Positions 29,259 to 37,531 are shown, counted from the stretch's first letter. The stretch is DNA of 64,000 bases from a virus (IMGVR_UViG_3300024307_000003:29687-93686); one strand, 5' to 3'. Numbers and translations: made by a program. Notes: generated by a model not told the origin, from the letters alone.

Positions 29259-30227
29259 TTAAATTCCTATACACATAACCGAATACTGGCCTTTAGCCTC
29301 TGCTTCGGAATAGAGGGTTATTGTGAAACCTGTTCCAGCAACAATGTCGCTTACAACAGGTCTGATATTCAGAAGATACATTTCGTCTGGATCAACTCCG
29401 GAGGGGGTTAGAACATTACAAACAACTTCGCTGCTAACACCTACCCAAGATTGTCCTGTTACTATTGTCTGCGCTTTGTCCGTAAAGGAACTACCAAAAT
29501 CACATACAACGTTTACACTACTACCACTTACACCAGCTGGACCAGTAGCGCCCGTAGCGCCTGTTGCACCAGTCTCTCCTTGTATCCCCTGAACGCCTTG
29601 AATGCCCTGAATACCTTGTATTCCCTGCGGACCCTGTAAAGAAGATAATGTTACGATGTTGGTCCACGAAACATCTCCGACATAACGCCACTGAATGTAT
29701 GTACCATTACTTTGAAGCTCTACTTCTCTACCATCAACTCCATTTGTACCTGCCGGACCTTGTATTCCTTGAGCACCAGAAGGCCCTTGAGGGCCAACTT
29801 CGCCTTGTATACCTTGGGGTCCGGTGTTACCCTGAATCCCTTGTGAACCTTGCGGTCCTACTTCTCCCTGTATTCCCTGTATTCCTTGTGGGCCTGTAAT
29901 CTCTGAAAGAAGAATTAAGTTTGTCCAGCTAACATCCCCAACATATCTCCACTGGACGTGTGTAGCAGACTTTTGTAATTCAACTTCCCTTCCATCTACT
30001 CCATCACTTCCGTCAACCCCTGCTGCGCCTGTATCTCCTGTTGGTCCAACCGAACCTGTGGGACCAGTGGCTCCAGTAGGGCCTATAGGCCCTCTTATAC
30101 CTTGTTGGATGGAGGAGACAACACCTCCAGCGTCAACTCCAAAGGAGAGTGTCCCACTATCCCCTTCCTCAAGAAACACTTTCGTGTCAATTGGAGACGA
30201 TTGGAGAATCTTTGTGACAATACTCAC
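29259..30227 (-). CDS. Collagen-like (Gly-X-Y) fibre protein
   Basis: Three Gly-X-Y blocks separated by two copies of DGREVELQ...QWRYVGDVSWTN. Confidence 0.9.
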   Translation of the reverse strand: MSIVTKILQSSPIDTKVFLEEGDSGTLSFGVDAGGVVSSIQQGIRGPIGPTGATGPTGSVGPTGDTGAAGVDGSDGVDGREVELQKSATHVQWRYVGDVSWTNLILLSEITGPQGIQGIQGEVGPQGSQGIQGNTGPQGIQGEVGPQGPSGAQGIQGPAGTNGVDGREVELQSNGTYIQWRYVGDVSWTNIVTLSSLQGPQGIQGIQGIQGVQGIQGETGATGATGATGPAGVSGSSVNVVCDFGSSFTDKAQTIVTGQSWVGVSSEVVCNVLTPSGVDPDEMYLLNIRPVVSDIVAGTGFTITLYSEAEAKGQYSVMCIGI

Positions 30228-30535
30228 TGTGTAACACTCCGAAGAACATTGATTTCAAATGTCTCTGTGTATACGACTTCTGTAGAGGGGAGGGTGTAAC
30301 GAATGTCACAATAGAGAATACATATGGGCCAATCATCTGTAGAGCTGTCTGAGAGAGTGAAAATCCCGTTAACGTTGTCTGTACGTGTGACAGTTAATTG
30401 TGAAACAAGTTTGTTACTCTTGTCTCTAATTTGTGCTGCAATTGTCCAGCTTGCAAAATCGGATGGAACTACTCCATCGGATTTAACGGATATATCACGG
30501 GAGAAGGTGGCTCCACGTTTGTGTGAAATCTGCAT
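30224..30535 (-). CDS. BppU/LtfC-like fibre adaptor
   Basis: KRGATF...WTIAAQIRD...G.FTL...T..W...DIRYT...TETF motif. Confidence 0.65.
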   Translation of the reverse strand: MQISHKRGATFSRDISVKSDGVVPSDFASWTIAAQIRDKSNKLVSQLTVTRTDNVNGIFTLSDSSTDDWPICILYCDIRYTLPSTEVVYTETFEINVLRSVTQ

Positions 30536-30544
30536 GTTCTCTCC

Positions 30545-30577
30545 GAAAGAAAAAAGAAGAGCTACATTTGCAGCTCT
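30545..30577 (-). terminator. Rho-independent terminator
   Basis: AGAGCTGC-AAAT-GTAGCTCT then TCTTTTTTCTTT. Confidence 0.75.
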
Positions 30578-30650
30578 GAGGTAGGAGAGCTAATCTCCTA
30601 TGAGGAGAAAGCTTATCGTTCTTGTTATTGTTCAATGCTTTCTTCGAAAC

Positions 30651-30687
30651 AAAGAAAAGCCCGCAACTAGAAATCTCTAGGCGGGCT
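30651..30687 (-). terminator. Rho-independent terminator ending the tRNA/ncRNA unit
   Basis: AGCCCGC-CTAG-loop-CTAG-TT-GCGGGCT then TTTCTTT. Confidence 0.75.
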
Positions 30688-30800
30688 GAAGGCTCTATAA
30701 CGAGCACCAATAAAAACGGATACGTTAATGTTGGCTATGTCTGCACGGCTGGCACGGCTGTGCTTGTTGTTATTTCCCAAGAGGAGGGCAATGAAATAGT

Positions 30801-31599
30801 TGTGGGTAGTCAGGCCGAACTTCATTTCTGACTCCTGCGACGTTAAGGGTCTGCTTGCAGGCTTTCTCCCTTCGCTTCTACGTGTGGTATCGGATCACCA
30901 ATTTTACCCACACAAATACATTCTCCTAACTAGTATTCAGCCGCTAGGAACCTCCCGGCAACTGTGGAAAATGTATTTATATAGGCACTAGATTTACCAA
31001 CATGCTCTTCGTGGAAACCCACTGTAATATATCCTATGATCTACTCTGTTCTTTCACCAACCACAAAAGTTAACGAACTACTGAGAGTTAGGATATATTA
31101 CGGTGAGGGCCTGTTGATTTCCCTGTTATCAGGCTCAGGGAAGATGCTGGAGGAAATACAGCAAGCATCTCAATTCACTGAATATCTGGATTCTTCCAGT
31201 TTAACATTTATTGATTATGCAGAGTTATACGCTGCAAATAACAATTCTTATAAACCAGAGGATTTTCTTTCCAACCCCTTGTTGGAAAGCTTATTCCTCA
31301 CAACCGCAAGGATTTCTAATTTGTGCAGAACTGGATAACAATCTTTTTTCTCTTGACACGCCATCAATATTTCTATTCATTTCGTGGAATCGGGATTGCT
31401 ATCTCATTCTCTGTCGGCTTTCCTGCTCTTCCAACATCATCTTAGGCGCGACCTAAGCACCATCGAATTTACGTTAGGCGTTGTTGTGTTTCAGCAAGCC
31501 TAGTCCCGGCAGGCCACGCGCATAGCGTCCGGTCTTCTCTACTATCATTGATCACTGCATCAACACAAAGCTGTGATTTTCGAGTAGTCTCTACGTAAA
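30801..31599 (-). ncRNA. Array of structured non-coding RNA domains downstream of the tRNAs (unassigned)
   Basis: Multiple long closing helices, multi-way junctions and loop-loop complementarity; no credible ORF. Confidence 0.6.
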
Positions 31600-31670
31600 A
31601 CTTTTAATATTCTGGTGGCGTTTTATGACGCGAATATCAGCAGACGCTGCCCGTCGCACGGGGCCATAAT

Positions 31671-31745
31671 TGGTGTTCGTGCAGAGAATTGAACTCTGAT
31701 TAACAGGTTGAAAACCTGCTGTCCTCACCATTGGACGACACGAAC
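31671..31745 (-). tRNA. tRNA-Glu(TTC)
   Basis: Cloverleaf GTTCGTG/CACGAAC; loop TT-TTC-AA; encoded CCA. Confidence 0.93.
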
Positions 31746-31751
31746 AATATT

Positions 31752-31825
31752 TGGAGCGGGAAGAGGGGTTCGAACCCTCGCTATCAACTTGGAAGGATGA
31801 AGTGCTACCATTACACCATTCCCGC
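31752..31825 (-). tRNA. tRNA-Gly(TCC)
   Basis: GCGGGAA/TTCCCGC; loop CT-TCC-AA; U73; CCA. Confidence 0.93.
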
Positions 31826-31830
31826 AAATT

Positions 31831-31906
31831 TGGTGCTGCCATCAGGACTCGAACCTGAAACCTACCGCTTACGAAACGGTTGCTCTACCAGTTGAGCTAC
31901 AGCAGC
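31831..31906 (-). tRNA. tRNA-Thr(CGT)
   Basis: GCTGCTG/TGGCAGC; loop TT-CGT-AA; CCA. Confidence 0.92.
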
Positions 31907-31914
31907 ATACTTCG

Positions 31915-32040
31915 TGGGGGAGGCTGGAGTCGAACCAGCAAGCCAGATAAACTACTCACAAGGCTTAAAGCCGGCTGCCTTGTTTTCACTCACGAGACTA
32001 CCCCTCTCTGGGGCTGCGTATCCCATTCCGCCACTCCCCC
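31915..32040 (-). ncRNA. tRNA-like RNA with Leu-type D arm and 76-nt expanded centre
   Basis: Acceptor GGGGGAG/CTCCCCC-A; D arm GCG-GAATGGGATA-CGC; T arm GCTGG-TTCGACT-CCAGC. Confidence 0.75.
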
Positions 32041-32046
32041 GTAATT

Positions 32047-32123
32047 TGGTCGGAGATACAGGATTTGAACCTGTGACATTTTGCTCCCAAAGCAAACGCG
32101 CTACCAGACTGCGCTAATCTCCA
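32047..32123 (-). tRNA. tRNA-Pro(TGG)
   Basis: TGGAGAT/ATCTCCG; loop TT-TGG-GA; CCA. Confidence 0.93.
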
Positions 32124-32128
32124 ATAAA

Positions 32129-32459
32129 CGATCCGGACACCACTTGGAAACAACAACGTTGTCCCTCGGCCCGCCTTGGCGCGAGCACAGGGAAGAGTAT
32201 GAATCCTCCCTGCTGGGTAGCGCTCGATCTCATCCGGTGTTCCCTTTTCAGGGAGTCGCTACGTTCGTGTGTCCAGAAGGGGAGGAACTATGTTCCCACG
32301 AATCTTCTGGCACGCAATTGATTAATCTTAAAATGTGCCTACCCGAAGTTACCTTCCGTCTGCAAGCAACAAACTCCCTTGTCAGTTCAAGGGAAGGTAG
32401 GGCTTAAGTCATCACCGGTATGGAGGCCGGGAGAGGTGTCCTCAGAAGATGGAACACAT
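32129..32459 (-). ncRNA. Structured non-coding RNA domains upstream of tRNA-Pro (unassigned)
   Basis: Nested helices with GNRA tetraloops (TCCCT-GAAA-AGGGA, GAAG-GTAA-CTTC). Confidence 0.6.
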
Positions 32460-32488
32460 AATTAACAAACTTCCCTATTTGTATTTAC

Positions 32489-32517
32489 ATCCTAGCAGAT
32501 TATTTTCTGTTTGTCAA
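32489..32517 (-). promoter_or_regulatory. Sigma70 promoter for the tRNA/ncRNA unit
   Basis: TTGACA-17 bp-TAGGAT with extended -10 TG. Confidence 0.8.
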
Positions 32518-32533
32518 CACCCAATCTGAAATT

Positions 32534-32839
32534 TTATACAGCTACAGGGAAGCGTCTGAATTCGGCTACAACACCTTTCCCAACTTCCTGCTTACGCTCT
32601 TCTTCCCTGTTGGCAGGTTCGCCCATAAGCTTCTCAGCAGCTTGGGCGTACAGCCAATGCAGCTTCAGGATTTTATCCAGAATCCCAGCACGAGTAGCAG
32701 GATTAACCGCAGGATCAAACGCCAGCTTCGACATGGCCTCGTAGGCAGGAACTGCGTCTTTGTTCACCAGATCCTGAAGCTCTGTGATATTGTCAAATGT
32801 CTTCTTGGCTGCTCTTACATTCTTGGATACATTAGCCAT
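32534..32839 (-). CDS. Hypothetical protein, possible terminase small subunit
   Basis: Helical 101 aa, upstream of and co-oriented with terL; function inferred from position only. Confidence 0.4.
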   Translation of the reverse strand: MANVSKNVRAAKKTFDNITELQDLVNKDAVPAYEAMSKLAFDPAVNPATRAGILDKILKLHWLYAQAAEKLMGEPANREEERKQEVGKGVVAEFRRFPVAV

Positions 32840-33134
32840 CTAATTCTTCTTCCTCTCCTGAATCTCTTAGGGCTTGTAGAACATTTTCTAATAGCTCTAT
32901 CAACACCCATGTATCTTGTGTATTGCTTTGGATCAGTTTGTAATTGCTATCATCTTGTAACACTGTAAGTCCTACAGTGGGTTTGAAGTCGTATTCGTTC
33001 CCCTCCTCGTCTCGGAGGTAGATAGCGTTCTCTTCAAGGGCTACTACTAAACTAGCTAGGTTGTTTAGGATGTTCTCTATCTCATCGGCAACAGGAGGAG
33101 AGGAACGTTTGAACTCAAGAATCTTTCCAGACAT
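32832..33134 (-). CDS. Hypothetical acidic protein
   Basis: SD GAGGA; overlaps the next gene. Confidence 0.65.
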   Translation of the reverse strand: MSGKILEFKRSSPPVADEIENILNNLASLVVALEENAIYLRDEEGNEYDFKPTVGLTVLQDDSNYKLIQSNTQDTWVLIELLENVLQALRDSGEEEELDG

Positions 33135-33378
33135 ACTACCAATCCTCTTGTTGTTTTAATCCAGATAAGTTAAAATCTAAAAGAAAGAAAAAGAACCAAA
33201 AAGAAAGAAAATAACTAAATAAGTATATAATACTATAATCTATACATAGCTTTGTACTATACCTTGCTATACTATGCGTTGCTACTTCTTAACCTACTAA
33301 GGAAACTCACTACGTTCGTTTCTATTCCTTGCTTAGGCGGACAATATCGTTTCACTCATTGTCCTGTTCAGTAGGACC

Positions 33379-33407
33379 ATTTTAGCAATAATTTTTTAGT
33401 TTGTCAA
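33379..33407 (-). promoter_or_regulatory. Sigma70 promoter (leftward)
   Basis: TTGACA-17 bp-TAAAAT with TG extension. Confidence 0.8.
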
Positions 33408-33634
33408 TACCTAATTACTAATCTTTACAAAATTAATACTAATTAGTTACATTAGTGTATACTTTATTTACTAGTTGGATTAGGAAAAGATTCGTTAGCT
33501 GTAGACTCTACGCTTCGCTTCGTAGTCTACTTGAAGCTGTGTCCTAGTGAGTCGGACACAGCGAATATAATATAATAATAAAGTAACTTAACTAATATCT
33601 TTGGTGTAAATCTCTTCTTCAAAGAAGAATTGTC

Positions 33635-33662
33635 TTGACTTTGTGTCAGAATCTGCTAAGAT
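33635..33662 (+). promoter_or_regulatory. Sigma70 promoter (rightward)
   Basis: TTGACT-16 bp-TAAGAT with TG extension. Confidence 0.7.
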
Positions 33663-33706
33663 TTGAACATGGGAACTGTTTGTAAAACAAACTGAATGGA
33701 GGAATA

Positions 33707-33874
33707 ATGATCAGTTATTACATTGGTGTATTACAGGACTACCTATCCGAATTTGGACATTTCGTAAACTCCTGTGTTGACAGAATTCTGATGTGGGTGT
33801 TCAATGCAAAGACCCCTGACGCATTGTTCGGAAACATGATCGAATGGGTGGAGAGAACTATCGCATCTAACTAA
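33707..33874 (+). CDS. Hypothetical protein, 55 aa (below ORF-track cutoff)
   Basis: GGAGG SD; MISYYIGVLQDYL... Confidence 0.6.
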   Translation: MISYYIGVLQDYLSEFGHFVNSCVDRILMWVFNAKTPDALFGNMIEWVERTIASN

Positions 33875-33892
33875 TACAACTAGGAGAATTGA

Positions 33893-34796
33893 GTGAATAA
33901 AGATCGAGCATTGGTGTTACAGATGGCTTTGGAGGAGCAATGCCTCCTACGCACACAGGAAGAAATCATCAAGGACGAGATACGAAAGCTCCCGAGCAAA
34001 TACATCCCCGAAGCAGCCAAAGAACGTAATTACATTATGAGCTGTTTCAACCTCTGGACAGAATATGAGCTATACCGTTTCTGTCAATCAACCCAAACTA
34101 ATATTGGGGAAATCAAGAAAAGATCACGTTACGAAGAATAACTACAACAAGGAGAAGTATGAAATACGCTACAGTTTACAAATGGGTAAGTATCTACGAT
34201 TTAATGCGTGTAGGATATGACTTTAAGATTGTTCCCCCTGAAACATCTCAAGACGATTACAAGATTGAATACATCACCCATTGTGGAATGGGGATGACCC
34301 TCGAAACATTCAAAGAACAGCTCTGGCACCTCGGTATTGACACTTCCGTTGCTTTCCTGATGAAGAGCAGCATCCATCGTTCTGTGCAAGATGGGAAACG
34401 CCAGTTTGGCCTTCGCTTTGGTGGCTTGGAACGAGAAGACAATGATTGGATTCAAAGCGGTTTTGCCACTAAGGAAGTGATTATGAAGATGTCTAATTTC
34501 CACGATATGGACGAAGTGGACGAAGCCTTGTCTAATGGGAATAGGGAGGGGTACTAATGTCTATCACGAAAGAAGAAGTTCTTAATTATTTTAAGAAGGT
34601 GGAAGAATACCGGAAAGAGCTTGATGCTCAAATGGCCTTGCCGGATATTGATAGGGTGTTTCATACAGCCTTGAAAACTCTCCCTCCAGATATTCTTGAT
34701 TACGATTTTCAAGAGTGGGGCACGATGATTCGACGGAGTATTACATTTGCTACACAGTTTGTTAATACCTTTGATTTATCGCAAGGACGTGAGTGA
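33893..34796 (+). CDS. Three hypothetical proteins (33893-34141, 34159-34557, 34557-34796)
   Basis: Tightly packed ORFs with GGAG SDs. Confidence 0.7.
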
Positions 34797-35644
34797 TGGA
34801 CTGGCGAGAGGTTGCTGTACTCCTGTCAGAGACAGAGATGAGCTGGAGGCAAATTGCTGATAGGCTGGAAGTTCCCAAAAGCACTCTATCAGATTATTTG
34901 AGAACCTTCTATGCTGAAAAAGGAAATACGCTAGATAGAAACCAGTTTTCCATTAGAGGAAAAGATCAGAATAAAGACAATAGCGTTGTATTATTTATAA
35001 GTGATTTACATGCACCATACAATCACCCAGATGCTCTCGACTTCCTTTCACAACTGAAGGAGAAATACAAACCAACAAGAGTGATTTCACTTGGGGATGA
35101 GCTTGATCAACACGCGCTTAGTTTTCATGATTCTGATCCTGATCTGCCCAGCGCCGGAGACGAGCTTAAAAGAGCTAGAAAGACAATTAAACAATTGCAC
35201 AAGTTGTTCCCTGAAATGGATGTGATTGAATCCAATCACGGAAGTTTGGTGTGGAGGAAAGCGAAAACACATGGGATACCAAGGCACTATATTAAGTCCT
35301 ATAATTCTGTGTTGGATGTTGACGGAGGATGGAAATGGTCTTTTGATTTAACAATAAAGCTCCCAAACGGACAATCGTGTTACATTCATCATGGGAAGAC
35401 GAATAACGTTCTGCGCTTGAGTCAGCTAATGGGAATGTGTGCAGTACAAGGGCACTACCACGAACATTTTAAGATTGATTATTGGAGCAATCCTACTGGA
35501 TTATATTGGGGAATGCAGTGTGGTTGTTTAATTGAAGACAGTAATTATGCGTTTGCTTACAATAATACAAATGTAAAACGCCCAATCATTGGAACTGGGT
35601 TGATTGTTGACAGTAAGCCAATTCTTGAGCCTATGGTTTTGTAG
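34793..35644 (+). CDS. HTH-fused calcineurin-like metallophosphoesterase
   Basis: SWRQIADRLEVPKSTLSDYL HTH; SDLH, GDELD, SNH, HHG, GHYH motifs. Confidence 0.85.
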   Translation: MMDWREVAVLLSETEMSWRQIADRLEVPKSTLSDYLRTFYAEKGNTLDRNQFSIRGKDQNKDNSVVLFISDLHAPYNHPDALDFLSQLKEKYKPTRVISLGDELDQHALSFHDSDPDLPSAGDELKRARKTIKQLHKLFPEMDVIESNHGSLVWRKAKTHGIPRHYIKSYNSVLDVDGGWKWSFDLTIKLPNGQSCYIHHGKTNNVLRLSQLMGMCAVQGHYHEHFKIDYWSNPTGLYWGMQCGCLIEDSNYAFAYNNTNVKRPIIGTGLIVDSKPILEPMVL

Positions 35645-35645
35645 T

Positions 35646-36128
35646 ATGGTAAAATACCCAAAAAGTTGTTCCCGGTGTAGTGTTCTTAAAGAGAGGGAAG
35701 ATTTTCCAAAAAGACACCACGGGGCCTGTTGTCGCCAATGTGTAAACGAAAAACAGAGGATACAACGCAAAGAAAATTCCAACAAGCATTCAAAAGCATA
35801 TGAAAAAGCTCCTTCTGGTTATTTAATGAGAACATACCGAAATATGCTATCAAGAACAAATGGGGTCTTAAAAAGTAAAGCCCATTTATATTTTGGATTA
35901 GAGATAATGAGTAAAGAAGAATTCTATTCTTGGAGTCTAAAAGATGAAGCTTTTCTTTCTTTATTCGCAACATACAAAGAAAGCGGTTGGGATTTTAAAA
36001 ATGCGCCATCAATTGATCGAATAAATACCCAGAAAGGATATACACGAGAAAACTCAAGATGGATTTCACATAAAGAAAACTCAAGACTTGGTGCAATATC
36101 CCGCCACTCAGGAGGTAAGAATGATTAA
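35646..36128 (+). CDS. Free-standing HNH-like endonuclease
   Basis: CxxC...CxxC N-terminus; PSIDRINTQKGYTRENSRWISHKEN. Confidence 0.75.
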   Translation: MVKYPKSCSRCSVLKEREDFPKRHHGACCRQCVNEKQRIQRKENSNKHSKAYEKAPSGYLMRTYRNMLSRTNGVLKSKAHLYFGLEIMSKEEFYSWSLKDEAFLSLFATYKESGWDFKNAPSIDRINTQKGYTRENSRWISHKENSRLGAISRHSGGKND

Positions 36129-36884
36129 TCGGTTATATTTTATATCTACAACTTATGAACTCCACCATGGAGAAATAAAGAGTTGGCGTCTTTACACGTA
36201 TAAATCTTTGTTTGAAGATAGTGTTGCAGCCTTCTACAAAGGCCAAGATATAATTGCAAAAGCAATCATGACATCTGAAGGTTCGTATAAAGAAGACCGA
36301 TTATCTATCGTGTCATTTAATAGGGTGTGATAATGAGACAACTAATTCTAACAACAGAACAGAAGATGATGCTCATCACTCTCTATGTTATGGGCACCAC
36401 TCTAGGAAGCTTTGAAGACTTCTGTAAAGCTGTAAATGGCTTTGAGAAAGATGAAGTGGAGAAAGCATTTGATGCTCTTGAAGCTGAGAGCATGGAAGAT
36501 TTATTGTGTGTTGTAGATAAGCTTCTTGGAGAGATGAATGAAGCCTCTAGGGAGCTTTATGTCTACTGGGAGGAGAAACAAAACTCCTCTAAAGGAGGAT
36601 AAATGCAATACCTATTAATGGGGATGATGACTTTCGCTTTCATCTTTTGTAAGGCGTTTCAACAAAGGAACGTAATTCACAACAATTGGAAGCTGATTCC
36701 GCTGTTTACAGTCTCTATGGCTTTCTTAGAGATCAGTACAGTGGCAATGGGAGTGCTGGACATCTCTACTAATGGGTGGGGAAGCATCCTCCCTATAGCC
36801 TCCGCAAACGGGCTTGGAGGGACGTTCGGTTGTTGGGGAGCTATGTATTTACACAACAAGTATTTTAAACGGGAGGCTGTATGA
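36121..36884 (+). CDS. Three hypothetical proteins; the last (36603-36884) is a membrane protein
   Basis: Packed ORFs; hydrophobic segments in the last. Confidence 0.6.
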
Positions 36885-37531
36885 CAAAAGTGATAGGAAT
36901 AACAGGATTAGCAGGACATGGAAAAACCACTGTAGCAAATATGATTGCAGAATCTTATGGCTACCAAGAGTATGCTCTTGCTTCTCCAATCAAAAACACA
37001 ATCAATAATATGTTTGGTTGGGATGATCGGCATAGTAATGGAGTAATGAAAGAAGAAGAACAGTACACACGAATTGTACACTCGTCTTCTCTCCCTATCT
37101 TCTTGTGGCAGTGCTTCCCAGAAGAGGATTTGGATGTGTCTCTTGCTAGAGATTTCGTTGCTGTGTTCTCTAAATACCAAACGTATGATCTTCATGGGGT
37201 GTTGCAATATAAGATATCCCCGAGGAAGGCATACCAGCTCTTTGGAACTGAGTTTGGTCGTAACTGTGTAGATGATGACGTATGGTTGGACATGATCCCT
37301 AAAGGGAACGTAGTGATCAGCGACATACGTTTTGAGAACGAAGCTAATTACATTGTTCGTAATGGAGGCCGTATTATTAAAGTGGTGTCTGATCGTTCTA
37401 CAACAAAAAATAACTCTCATATTTCGGAGAAGGGTATTGATCTTTCTTATATTTCTGCTACAATCGAAAACAATGGGACGCTAAGACAATTAGAGGAGAA
37501 GGTGAGAGATATATGTTTATTGATGAAGTAA
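36881..37531 (+). CDS. Deoxynucleoside monophosphate kinase
   Basis: GLAGHGKTT P-loop; QLFGTEFGR; ISDIRFENE; HISE. Confidence 0.9.
   Translation: MTKVIGITGLAGHGKTTVANMIAESYGYQEYALASPIKNTINNMFGWDDRHSNGVMKEEEQYTRIVHSSSLPIFLWQCFPEEDLDVSLARDFVAVFSKYQTYDLHGVLQYKISPRKAYQLFGTEFGRNCVDDDVWLDMIPKGNVVISDIRFENEANYIVRNGGRIIKVVSDRSTTKNNSHISEKGIDLSYISATIENNGTLRQLEEKVRDICLLMK

Noticed and set aside
31600-31670. Theta/HDV-like ribozyme after tRNA-Glu
   Set aside because: Could not build the nested double pseudoknot
31915-32040. tmRNA, suppressor tRNA or intron-containing tRNA
   Set aside because: Too short for tmRNA and no G3.U70; the CTTTAAG segment lacks a proper anticodon stem; no group I core
30495-32407. 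ORFs across the tRNA region, including 31036..31338
   Set aside because: They overlap tRNAs or strong RNA helices, lack SDs and mostly lie opposite the promoter direction; the 100-aa ORF cannot be fully excluded
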